DNA of 64,000 nt, taken from the NCBI GenBank assembly GCA_963816355.1, contig CAWFKH010000004.1, positions 366,625 through 430,624 of the forward strand, read 5' to 3'. Shown here piece by piece: positions 1-9,097 of this stretch; position 1 is the first letter of the stretch, and the number at the start of each line of letters is the position of its first letter. The notes under the pieces are model-generated. The model saw only the letters and a program-made list of their open reading frames with translations. It was not told where the DNA came from and did not search any database. Source of the stretch: an uncultured Gemmatimonadales bacterium (lineage in GTDB: Bacteria > Gemmatimonadota > Gemmatimonadetes > Longimicrobiales > RSA9). The position numbers and the translations under genes are program-made.

Positions 1-1065
1 TTCACGCGCCTCTACCTGGCCGGTGGCGTGACGTCGCTGCGGACGGCGGGGAACATGAACGGCTACGGCGAGCTGGGCGTGGCCGCGGCGATCGCGAGGG
101 GAGAGAAGCCGGGGCCGTGGATCGACGCGACGGCGCCGTACCTCGAGGGGCCGGGACTGCCGCTGCCGCAGGTGCACGCGCTGAAGGACGCGGCGGACGC
201 GCGGCGGATGGTCGAGTTCTGGGCGGACGCGGGGGCGACGTCGTTCAAGGCGTACATGCACATCACGCGCGCGGAGCTGGGCGCGGCCGTCGACGCCGCA
301 CACGCGCGCGGGATGAGGATCACCGGCCACCTCTGCTCGGTCACGTACCGGGAGGCGGCGGAGCTGGGCATCGACGACCTCGAGCACGGCTTCCTCGTTT
401 CCACCGACTTCGTGAAGGGGAAGGAGCCGGACGTCTGCCCGGGACAGAGGGAGGGGCAGGAGGCGCTGGCGGGGGTCGACACGAGCGACGCGGCGTTCCG
501 CTCGCTCGTCGCGGAGCTGGTGCGGCGGCACGTGGCGGTGACCTCGACGCCGACGGTCTTCGAGACGTTCGTCCCGGGGCGGCCGCTGCCGCCCGGGCTG
601 GACGTGCTCGATCCGATCCTGCGCGAGGACTTCGAGCGACGCCACGCAGCGCTGGCGAAGATGGGGCCGTCGCTCTACACGACGCTCTTCCCGAGGAACG
701 GCGCGATGGAGCTGGCGTTCGCGCACGCGGGCGGGCTGCTCCTGGTGGGGACGGACCCGACGGGCGCCGGCGGCGTGGTGCCCGGCTATTCGAATCAGCG
801 GGCGCTGGAGCTGCTGGTCGAGGAGGGGTTCACGCCGCTCGAGGCGATCCGCATCGGCACGCTGAACGGCGCGACGTATCTCGGCCGCGCCGACCGCGTC
901 GGGACGATCGCGCCGGGGAAGCAGGCGGACCTCGTCGTGATCGCCGGCGATCCGTCGGCGCGCATCGGCGACATCCGCAAGGTGGAGATGGTCTTCAGGC
1001 AGGGCGTCGGATACGACCCCCGGAAGCTGATCGACTCCGTGAAGGGCCGCGTCGGCCTCTTCTAG
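1..1065 (+). CDS. Amidohydrolase family protein (5' truncated by the window edge)
   Basis: Frame open from base 1. Carries the FKAY, ITGHL, LEHG and VGTD metal-site motifs and the C-terminal GTIAPGKQADLVVI typical of Amidohydro_1 proteins. Confidence 0.85.
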   Translation, partial: FTRLYLAGGVTSLRTAGNMNGYGELGVAAAIARGEKPGPWIDATAPYLEGPGLPLPQVHALKDAADARRMVEFWADAGATSFKAYMHITRAELGAAVDAAHARGMRITGHLCSVTYREAAELGIDDLEHGFLVSTDFVKGKEPDVCPGQREGQEALAGVDTSDAAFRSLVAELVRRHVAVTSTPTVFETFVPGRPLPPGLDVLDPILREDFERRHAALAKMGPSLYTTLFPRNGAMELAFAHAGGLLLVGTDPTGAGGVVPGYSNQRALELLVEEGFTPLEAIRIGTLNGATYLGRADRVGTIAPGKQADLVVIAGDPSARIGDIRKVEMVFRQGVGYDPRKLIDSVKGRVGLF

Positions 1066-1079
1066 CGGCGCGTCGAACG

Positions 1080-2009
1080 GTGTCCGAGGAAGCGCTCGCC
1101 AACTATCTGCGCAGCCGCATCGTGGCGGGGCTGCACGTCGGCCACCTGCGTCCGGGCAGCCGCCTGCCCAGCCTGCGCGAAGTGGCGCGCGAGACCGGCG
1201 CGGACCATCGCGTGGCGGCCGCGGCGTACCGCAGACTGGAGGCGGAGGGCCTCGTCGACGTGCGGCCCCGCTCCGGCGTCTACCTCGCCGAGCAGGAAAA
1301 GCTGAACGAGAAGGTGATGGCGGAGAGCGCCCGCTGGCTGGCGGGCGTGTTCACGGACGCGTGGGTGCGCCGCATCGCGCTGCCGGAGTTCGTCGACTTC
1401 GTCCGCCTGTGCACGACGCGCGTCTATCTCGGCTGCGCCGTGGTCGAGTCGAACGAGGACCAGCGGACGGGGCTGGTGCGCGAGCTCGCCGTAGACTTCG
1501 GTCTGGACGCCTACGGCGTGGAGATCCCCGACCGACCCGAGGAGCCGCTTCCGCCCGAAACCGCCGAGGCGATCGAGGCGGCCGACCTGCTCGTCACCAG
1601 CTCCTTCCATGCTCAGCAGCTCGACGCGCTCCCCGGCAGGATGGACCGGCCGCTCGTCGTCGCGCACCTCAACCCCGGCTACGTCTCGGCGGTCGAGAGC
1701 GCGCTGGCCGACGGCGCCGCCACCTTCCTCGTCGCCGATCCGCGCTTCGCCGACCGCCTGCGCGTCCTCTTCCCGGACGCCGGACGCCGCCTCCACGTCG
1801 TCTTCGCCGACGACGCGGAGGCGGTCGAGGCGCTCTCCGCCGACGAGCCCATCTTCCTGACCCGCGCGGCGCGCGAGCGCATAGGCGAGCGGCCGCTCCG
1901 CCTCGCGTTTCCCCACTCGCCCTCGATCTCGCCCGAGGCGGCGCGCGAGATCTGCGCCTGGATCATCCGCCTCAACACCACCCGCTCCGCCCGCAAGATG
2001 AGACGCTGA
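1080..2009 (+). CDS. GntR-family transcriptional regulator with extended C-terminal domain
   Basis: GTG at 1080; N-terminal wHTH LRPGSRLPSLREVA...VAAAYRRLEAEGLVDVRPRSGVYL. Confidence 0.85.
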   Translation: MSEEALANYLRSRIVAGLHVGHLRPGSRLPSLREVARETGADHRVAAAAYRRLEAEGLVDVRPRSGVYLAEQEKLNEKVMAESARWLAGVFTDAWVRRIALPEFVDFVRLCTTRVYLGCAVVESNEDQRTGLVRELAVDFGLDAYGVEIPDRPEEPLPPETAEAIEAADLLVTSSFHAQQLDALPGRMDRPLVVAHLNPGYVSAVESALADGAATFLVADPRFADRLRVLFPDAGRRLHVVFADDAEAVEALSADEPIFLTRAARERIGERPLRLAFPHSPSISPEAAREICAWIIRLNTTRSARKMRR

Positions 2010-2048
2010 GCGCGGCCCCTCCGCGCGCGGGCGCCGGGCGCGCGAGCG

Positions 2049-3693
2049 CTACCGCTTCGCGACGCTCGGATTGCCGGCCTCGCCCAAGCGCTTGCAGGCG
2101 GCCTCGCCGTGGCAGACCACCCACAGCTTGCCGGTGCCCGGCTGGATCAGGTTCAGACCCGGCTCGAAGACGCCGAAGTCGACGACGAACATCGCGTCGT
2201 TGCGGAACTTCACGTCGATCGGCTTGTTGAAGCCGTCCGGCTCGAAGATCGTCGCGGCCGACGTGCCGGTGTTGGTGATGAAGTCCGTCACGCCGCCCGA
2301 GCGATTCACGCGCACCACCTTGAAGCCGGTGAACTCGGTGGCGCCGGTCACCGGCACGAAAGAGCCCGTCTCGGCGACGAACGCGTCGCCGTCCGCTTTA
2401 AAGCTCGCGTCCGTCGAGAAGTCGAACTTGTTCGCCGACGTGTGGTAGCCGAGCTCCGTGAAGGCGTCCTCCACGTGCAGCGAGCTGCGGTACGTCGCGT
2501 CGAGCACAAAGTCCGGACACGTCTCGAGCTCCTCGCAGAACTCCTCGTCGTTCACCGCCAGGACCTCGCCGTCGTCCGGATCGTGGAAGAAGTCCGGGAA
2601 GCCGAAGAACTCCTCCGCTCCGCCGATGCGCAGCGTGAAGAAGTCGTCGAACTCCTCGTCGATCGGCCGCGACTCGACGATCTGCAGCTCGTCCTCGTCC
2701 ACCGGAACGCTGGTCTCACCGGTCACGCCGCGCGTGTCCGCGCCATTGTTCGTCACGAACAGCACACCCGGATCCATCGGGTCGAGGCCGATGCCGTACG
2801 GATTGCGGAACCCCCACGCCTCCAGCCGCAGGCTCGACGTCGCGTCCGCCGCGCTCGCGTCGAACGAGTAGACCGCGCCGTTGCCGGCGACGATGCCGTC
2901 GCGCGGAACGCCCGCGATCTCCATCCCCGGCGACGCCGGCGTGCCGAACGGCAGGAACGGCCCCGTCACCTCGCTCGCCGTCTGATCGAGCGCGAACGGC
3001 ACCGCCGTCGTGAAGCTCGCGCCGTTGAGCACGATGTCCTTCGCGGGGTAGTCGTGGAAGCCGGCGGTGGACTCGTTCAGCCAGCCCGTGATCAGCGCGT
3101 TGTCCGCCCCCACCACACTCGAATTCGTCGCCGTGCCCTGCGCGAAATAGCCGCGGCCGGCGTCGTCGAACACCACCTCCTCCGTGTAGTGGTCACCCGC
3201 CGACGGCAGGTTCGTCAGCACCGTCGTGAACGTCCCCATCGGGTCGTCCGGACGGAACTTCGAGATCGCGCCCACCGGCCAGCCGTTCACCCCCGTCTGC
3301 CGGTGCGTGATCCACAACCAGCCGTCGTGGAACGTCACGTCCGTCAGCGGTCCCAGCAGCCGGCTCCCCATCGCCGAACCATCCAGAATGGTCGTCGCCG
3401 TCCCGTCTTCGTCGATGCGCTTCACCTTCGGCGGCAGCCCCGCCATCACCCCCGCTTCCGCCACCCAGATCCGGTCGCCCGACATCGCCACCGCCGTCGG
3501 GAAGTCCAGCCCGCGCGCCGCCGGCACCAGGAAGTAGCCGGGCGGCACGCTCGCGTTCGCCACCGCACCGACGCCGCTCGAGCCGGACCGATCCGCCGAA
3601 ACCGGTCCGGTCGGCGTCTGCGACTGCTCGGCACACGCCGCCAGTAACGACACCGCGCCCAGGAACGTGATCAGAATGGATGGACCTCCGCAT
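2049..3693 (-). pseudogene. Beta-propeller lipoprotein, PQQ/glucose-sorbosone dehydrogenase-like; frameshift in the signal peptide
   Basis: ORF 2049-3653 has the LPSAGDHY, AWGFRNPYG and KPIDVKF propeller motifs. The ATG at 3693 (preceded by GGAGG) is out of frame; removing one TGGA of the TGGATGGA at 3677-3684 restores MRRSILITFLGAVSLLAAC (lipobox). Confidence 0.65.
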
Positions 3694-3769
3694 GTGAACC
3701 TCCGGGAAGGGGATACAGGGAAGAATACCTCGACATCGAGGGGACGGTGAGGCGGGCAAGGACCGTTCC

Positions 3770-3792
3770 ACTGATACGGGGACGGTATCAGT
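3770..3792. promoter_or_regulatory. Candidate operator palindrome ACTGATAC-N7-GTATCAGT
   Basis: Perfect 8-bp AT-rich inverted repeat about 80 nt upstream of the propeller gene start. Confidence 0.55.
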
Positions 3793-4026
3793 TCAGGAAC
3801 AGCGGGGCCGCTTGATACGCCGCGGCGGGTGGAGGGTCGGTCGGCGGCGGAGCGGGCGCGGGGGAGCGCGGCTGGCGGCGCCGCCGCCCCCCCGGCGCGT
3901 CAGCCGCGGCCGCGCATCATCCGCTTGAGCACAGGCGTGACGAGGAGGAGACAGATGCCGGACGCGGGGAGATCGAAGCGGCGCTCCCGCCCGTGCGGAC
4001 TCCGCGATAAGGCGGCCGCGATAGGG

Positions 4027-5106
4027 TCAGCCGCCGAGCCAGCCGAGCGCCGCCATCGCGGCGGTGCTGTTCGGCTGCAGCTCCAGCTCCTTCCGGTAGC
4101 TCGCCGCGGCCGCTTCCGTCCGCCCCGCCGCGAGCTGCGCCTCGCCGAGGCTGTCGAACGCGTTGGCGGACTCCGGGTGCGCCGCGGTGACGAGCTTCAT
4201 GACCTCGACGGCGTCGGCCGCGCGGCCGCGCTCCATCAGTCGGTAGCCGAGCAGGACGAGCTGCGTCTCGCCCATGTCGTAGTCGGCGGCATGCGCGTCG
4301 GCGATCTCGTGGTAGCGGCGCACGGCCGCGGCGACGCCGTCGCGAGCGACGACGGAGTCGAGGACGGCGCCGATCGACGGCTTCGGCCCGCTCGAGTAGG
4401 GGAAGTTGCGGACGGAGATGCGGCGCGCGAACACGTTGAGCGTGATGTCGATGCTGTCGCCCAGGGCGACGGCGGCGAGGTTGAAGCCGGGGTTGAAGCG
4501 GTTGCCGCCGACGACGCCGAAGTCGTTGCGGTCGAGCGTAACCTGCCCGACCCACGCCATCGAGACGTTGCCGCCGGAGCCGACGGTGCGCGGCATGAGC
4601 TGCACGAACGGGATCGACACATCGCGCGTCACGCCGTGGATCGTGAGCGGCCCCTTCGCCACGAAGCCGTCGTCCTGCCGCTCCACGCTGCGGCTGCGGA
4701 AGACGATCGTCGGGTACTTGTCGACGTCGAAGAAGTCGGGCGACTTCAGGTGATGGTCGCGGGGGTCGTTGTCGGTGTCCAGGCTGGCGGTCTCGATCAC
4801 CGCGGCGACCGCGGAGCGCGTGGGGTCGGCGGTGTCGTAGGCGATCGTCGCCTGCACCCGATGGAAGCGGCCCGGCACCCGCACGACGCGCATGAAGCGG
4901 CTGGTGAACTGCACCGACGAGTGCGCCGCCTGCCACTGCAGCAGCTCGGGCGGCGCCGCGTCCGCGGGCCGCGCGGAGGCGGCTGGGGCCTGCGCCAGCG
5001 CGGGCGAGGGAGCGGCCACGACTGCCAGCGCGGGGCAAAGGCCCGCGGCGACGGCGAGGGCGGCGGCGGCGAGGAGCCGCGAGCGGACTGGTCTCCGGAA
5101 GCGCAT
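4027..5106 (-). CDS. Secreted YceI-family protein with C-terminal TPR domain
   Basis: Signal peptide; YceI motifs HSSVQF, RDHHLKSPDFFDVDKYPTIVF, LTIHGVTR; TPR SANAFDSLGEAQLAAG...YRKELELQP. Confidence 0.85.
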   Translation of the reverse strand: MRFRRPVRSRLLAAAALAVAAGLCPALAVVAAPSPALAQAPAASARPADAAPPELLQWQAAHSSVQFTSRFMRVVRVPGRFHRVQATIAYDTADPTRSAVAAVIETASLDTDNDPRDHHLKSPDFFDVDKYPTIVFRSRSVERQDDGFVAKGPLTIHGVTRDVSIPFVQLMPRTVGSGGNVSMAWVGQVTLDRNDFGVVGGNRFNPGFNLAAVALGDSIDITLNVFARRISVRNFPYSSGPKPSIGAVLDSVVARDGVAAAVRRYHEIADAHAADYDMGETQLVLLGYRLMERGRAADAVEVMKLVTAAHPESANAFDSLGEAQLAAGRTEAAAASYRKELELQPNSTAAMAALGWLGG

Positions 5107-5313
5107 GCTGGCGTTGCTCTCCGTGTTCTGAGGTCGGGATTCCGGGTGCATCCATTGAACGCTTAGAGCGCTGCCGGCGTTCCGCCCGTGGTCCCGGGTA
5201 GCGCACGGTTCGTCCCGCGCCCGGCGCCACCGTCCCGAACCGACGCGTATCTTCCCGGCGCGGTGCGCCCGCCGCCACGGCGGGCGGCCCGACTCGGAAC
5301 GCACGAGGAGCGC

Positions 5314-5949
5314 ATGCAGCCACACGAGGGACGTCCGGTGCTCACGCGAGGCCCCGCGCCGGAGGCGGCGCGCGCCGCGCTGATTCTGGTCCACGGCCGC
5401 AACGCCGACCCGTCGGGGATCCTGCCGCTGGCGGACGCGTTCGGCGTCGACGGCGTCGCGTGTCTCGCGCCCGCGGCGGCGGATGGGACCTGGTACCCGT
5501 ACGGCTTCATGAGCCCGACGGAGCGGAACGAGCCGGGCATCTCGTCGGGCCTCGGCGTGCTCGACGGGCTGGTCTCGGAGCTCGAATCGCGCGGCGTGCC
5601 TCCAGCACGCGTCGTGCTGCTCGGCTTCTCGCAGGGTGCGTGTCTGGTGTCGGAATACGCGGTGCGCCACGCCCGTCGCTATGGCGGCGTCGTCGCGTAC
5701 AGCGGCGGCCTGATCGGGCCGCAGGGGACGGCGTGGGAGTATCCGGGCGCGTTCGACGGCACGCCGGTCTTCCTGGGATGCAGCGACGTCGATCCGCACA
5801 TTCCGCGCGAGCGCGTGGCGGAGAGCGCGGCGGTCTTCGCGCGCATGGGGGCGGACGTGGCGGAGCGGATCTATCCGGGGATGGGGCACCTGGTGAACGA
5901 GGACGAGGTCGCCTGGACGCGCGAGCTGCTGCGGGGGTTGACGGCGTGA
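5314..5949 (+). CDS. Phospholipase/carboxylesterase (alpha/beta hydrolase)
   Basis: ILVHGR, nucleophile motif GFSQG, DPHIP, YPGMGH; GAGGAG RBS before the ATG. Confidence 0.85.
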   Translation: MQPHEGRPVLTRGPAPEAARAALILVHGRNADPSGILPLADAFGVDGVACLAPAAADGTWYPYGFMSPTERNEPGISSGLGVLDGLVSELESRGVPPARVVLLGFSQGACLVSEYAVRHARRYGGVVAYSGGLIGPQGTAWEYPGAFDGTPVFLGCSDVDPHIPRERVAESAAVFARMGADVAERIYPGMGHLVNEDEVAWTRELLRGLTA

Positions 5950-5983
5950 GCGCGGGCGGCCGGGCGGGGGGAGGGGGCGGCGC

Positions 5984-6832
5984 GTGGCGGAGGTGACGTC
6001 GCTGCGCGAGGCGGTCGCCGAATGGGTCCACGACGGCGACGCCGTCGCGCTCGAGGGCTTCACGCACCTGATTCCGCACGCCGCCGGCCACGAGCTGATC
6101 CGCCAGGGCCGGCGCGACCTCACGCTGATTCGCATGACGCCGGACGTGGTCTACGACCAGCTCATCGGCGTCGGCGCGGCGCGGCGGCTCGTCTTCTCCT
6201 GGGGCGGCAATCCGGGCGTCGGCTCCCTGCACCGCTTCCGCGACGCGGTCGAGAACGCGTGGCCGGCGCCGCTCGAGCTGGTCGAGCTGAGCCACGCGAT
6301 GATGGCGGCTGCGTACGTGGCCGGCGCCTCGAGTCTACCGTTCGGCACGCTGCGCGACGCGGGCGGCGAGATCCCTGCGCACACGGACGCCGTGCGGCCG
6401 ATCGCGTGCCCGTTCACCGGCGAGCCGCTGCTCGCGGTGGCGGCGCACCGGCCGGACGTCGCGATCATCCACGCGCAACGCGCCGACCGCGATGGCAACG
6501 TGCAGATCTGGGGGATCGTCGGCGTGCAGAAAGAGGCGGCGCTCGCCGCGCGCCACGCGATCGCGACGGTCGAGGAAGTGGTCGAGCGCCTCGAGCGCGT
6601 GAGCGGCGACGTCGTCATCCCGCACTTCGCGTTCGCCGCCGTCTGCCCCGCGCCGGGCGGCGCGCACCCCTCCTACGCGCAGGGCTACACGCGGCGCGAC
6701 AACGCCTTCTACCGGAGGTGGGACGCGATCTCGCGCGACCGCGCGGCGTTCGAGGCGTGGATCGAGCGGCACGTGCGCGGGACGGACGACGTCGCCGCCT
6801 ACCATCGCAGCCTGGCGGAAGCGGCGTCGTGA
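5984..6832 (+). CDS. CoA-transferase subunit A (glutaconate/3-oxoadipate CoA-transferase type)
   Basis: EGFTHLIPHAAGHELIRQ and FSWGGNPGVGSLHRFRDAVE motifs of the GctA/CatI family. Confidence 0.85.
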   Translation: MAEVTSLREAVAEWVHDGDAVALEGFTHLIPHAAGHELIRQGRRDLTLIRMTPDVVYDQLIGVGAARRLVFSWGGNPGVGSLHRFRDAVENAWPAPLELVELSHAMMAAAYVAGASSLPFGTLRDAGGEIPAHTDAVRPIACPFTGEPLLAVAAHRPDVAIIHAQRADRDGNVQIWGIVGVQKEAALAARHAIATVEEVVERLERVSGDVVIPHFAFAAVCPAPGGAHPSYAQGYTRRDNAFYRRWDAISRDRAAFEAWIERHVRGTDDVAAYHRSLAEAAS

Positions 6833-7578
6833 CGCCGGCGACGCGCGAGGAAACGATGACGGTCGCGGCCGCGCGCGAGCTGAGCGACGGCGCGGTGTGC
6901 TTCGTCGGGATCGGCCTGCCGAGCGCCGCGGCGAACCTGGCGCGCCGACTCCACGCGCCGCGCCTCGTGCTCGTGTACGAGTCCGGAACGATCGGCTCGA
7001 AGCCGGACGTGCTGCCGCTGTCGATCGGCGATGGCGAGCTCGCCGAGAGCGCCGACGCCGTGGTGCCGGTGCCGGAGATCTTCGCCTACTGGCTGCAGGG
7101 CGGCCGCATCGACGTCGGCTTCCTCGGCGCCGCGCAGATCGACCGCTTCGGCAACCTGAACACGACGACGATCGGGCCGTGGGCCGCGCCCCGCGTGCGG
7201 CTGCCCGGCGCCGGCGGCGCGCCCGAGATCGCGGCGTGGGCCGGCCGCGTGATCGTCGTGCTGCCGCACCGGCGCCGCGCCTTCGTCGAGCGACTCGGCT
7301 ACGTCACCACCGCCGGCTTCCTCGCCGGAGGCGACGCCCGCGCGCGCGCCGGCCTGCGCGGCGCCGGCCCCACGCGCGTGATCACCGACCTCGGCGTGCT
7401 CGAGCCGGACCCGGAGAGGGGGGAGCTGGTGCTCAGCGCCGTCCACCCCGGCGTCAGCGCCGAGCAGGCCCGCGCGGAGACCGGGTGGCCGCTGCGCGTC
7501 GCATCCCCGCTCCGCACCACCCCACCGCCCACCGGCGAGGAGGTGAGGGCGCTGAGGGCGCTGAAGGGGCGGAGGTAG
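6829..7578 (+). CDS. CoA-transferase subunit B
   Basis: GTGA overlap with subunit A; FVGIGLP, catalytic VYESG, GAAQIDRFGNLN, RLPGAGGAPEIA. Confidence 0.85.
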   Translation: MTPATREETMTVAAARELSDGAVCFVGIGLPSAAANLARRLHAPRLVLVYESGTIGSKPDVLPLSIGDGELAESADAVVPVPEIFAYWLQGGRIDVGFLGAAQIDRFGNLNTTTIGPWAAPRVRLPGAGGAPEIAAWAGRVIVVLPHRRRAFVERLGYVTTAGFLAGGDARARAGLRGAGPTRVITDLGVLEPDPERGELVLSAVHPGVSAEQARAETGWPLRVASPLRTTPPPTGEEVRALRALKGRR

Positions 7579-7722
7579 CGCGGTGCGAGGGAGGGCGCGG
7601 AGATAGCGCGGTGGGGCCGGCCGGCGAGTCGGCCGCGCCGCGCGCCATCGGAAACGCGTTCGCGCAATCGCGGCCGGAGCCGTCCCTCCGTTCCCTCCAT
7701 GCCCCCCGTTCCCTCCAACCCA

Positions 7723-8238
7723 TCAGAGCGGGAGCCGGTAGGCCTTGACGTGCTCGCCGTCGCCGGGCCGGAAGTCGTGCTCGGGCGCGCGCGCGAAGCC
7801 CATCCGCTCGTACATGCCGATCGCGACGCGCATCGTCTTCGAGGTGTGGAGGCCGAGAGCGGGTGCGCCCATCGCCCGCGCGCGCGCCACGCACGCATCG
7901 ACGAGCGCGCGGCCGACGCCGTGGCCGCGCGCTTCGGGCGCCACGGCGAGGAGCCGCAGCTCCGGGCACGACAGCGGCGCCGTGGCTCCGTGGTAGGCGT
8001 CGGAGGCGGTCGGGAAGATGGCGACGCTGCCCACCACCTCGCCGGCGCGCTCCGCGACGAGCCACGCGGCGTCGGCCTCGTGCTCGAGCGCCCTGTGCAC
8101 CGCACCCTCCAGACCGTGCCACGCGCCGGCGGTCATCGTCGCGGCGTACTCGGCGTACGCGGCCAGCGTCACGCGGCGGATCGCATCGCGGTCGGCCGCG
8201 CCGGCCGGACGCACGACGAGCTCACCGCCGTCGCTCAC
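7723..8238 (-). CDS. GNAT family N-acetyltransferase
   Basis: LRLLAVAPEARGHGVGRALV acetyl-CoA motif and MYERMGF; GTG start overlaps the aquaporin stop. Confidence 0.85.
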   Translation of the reverse strand: MSDGGELVVRPAGAADRDAIRRVTLAAYAEYAATMTAGAWHGLEGAVHRALEHEADAAWLVAERAGEVVGSVAIFPTASDAYHGATAPLSCPELRLLAVAPEARGHGVGRALVDACVARARAMGAPALGLHTSKTMRVAIGMYERMGFARAPEHDFRPGDGEHVKAYRLPL

Positions 8239-8920
8239 CGGCCGGGCGGCTCCGGCACCGCTTCCGGCGCGCCGCGGGCTGCCATCTCGTCCGGATGCAT
8301 CAGGCGGAATACGGCGGCCGCGAGCGCGCCGCCCGCGAGCGGCGCGACGAGATAGAGCAGCCACACGTGCGCGATCGAACCTGCGCCGTAGATCGCGAAG
8401 ACGAACGCGGGGCCGAGGCCGACGGCGGGGTTGAAGGCGCCGCCGCTGATGTCGCCCACGGCGAACGCGCCGACCATGACGGTGAAGCCGATGGCGAGGC
8501 CGAAGTAGCTGTTGCCCTCGGCCACTTCGGTGGTCGCGACGTTGAGCACGACGAGCGCGAGGAAGAAGGTGAAGACGAGCTCCGCGACGAAGGCGCCGCC
8601 GGTGGAGGCGGCGGCGCCGGGCGCCGCCACGAACGGCCCGCGCAGCGACGCGGCGAGGAGCGCGGCGAGGAAGGCGCCGGCGAGCTGCGCGGCGACGTAG
8701 GGCACGAACTCCGCGGCGGGCAGCTTGCCGCGCAGCATCACGGCGAGCGAAACGGCCGGATTGAAGTGTCCGCCGGAAACCGGACCGCCCATGTAGACCG
8801 CGATCATGAGCGCGGAGCCGATGGCGAGCGGCGCGAAGGTGTGCCGGCGGTCACCGTAAGCGCGACGGTGATCACGAGGAGGAACGTGCCGACGAGCTCG
8901 GTCACGAGCTTGCGCGTCAT
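8235..8920 (-). pseudogene. Aquaporin (MIP family), split by a 1-nt frameshift near 8842
   Basis: The N-terminus MTRKLVTELVGTFLLV is in one frame; FAPLAIG...SGGHFNPAVS...SGGAFNPAVG is in another. Span 686 nt = 3n+2. Confidence 0.8.
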
Positions 8921-9097
8921 GGCGGCCTCGGGGTCGGGGGAGGAAGGGTCCCGTTCGGCGGACAATATCGGTGTTCGCACGCGGCCGGGGAAGGCGCCGA
9001 GTCCGGCGGCCCGTGAACCCCGCACGGGGCGGTTGCAGTAGAAGGGCGGGTACGCCTACGTTTTCGCGGCCGTTCACCTTTCCGGAGCCATCGCACC

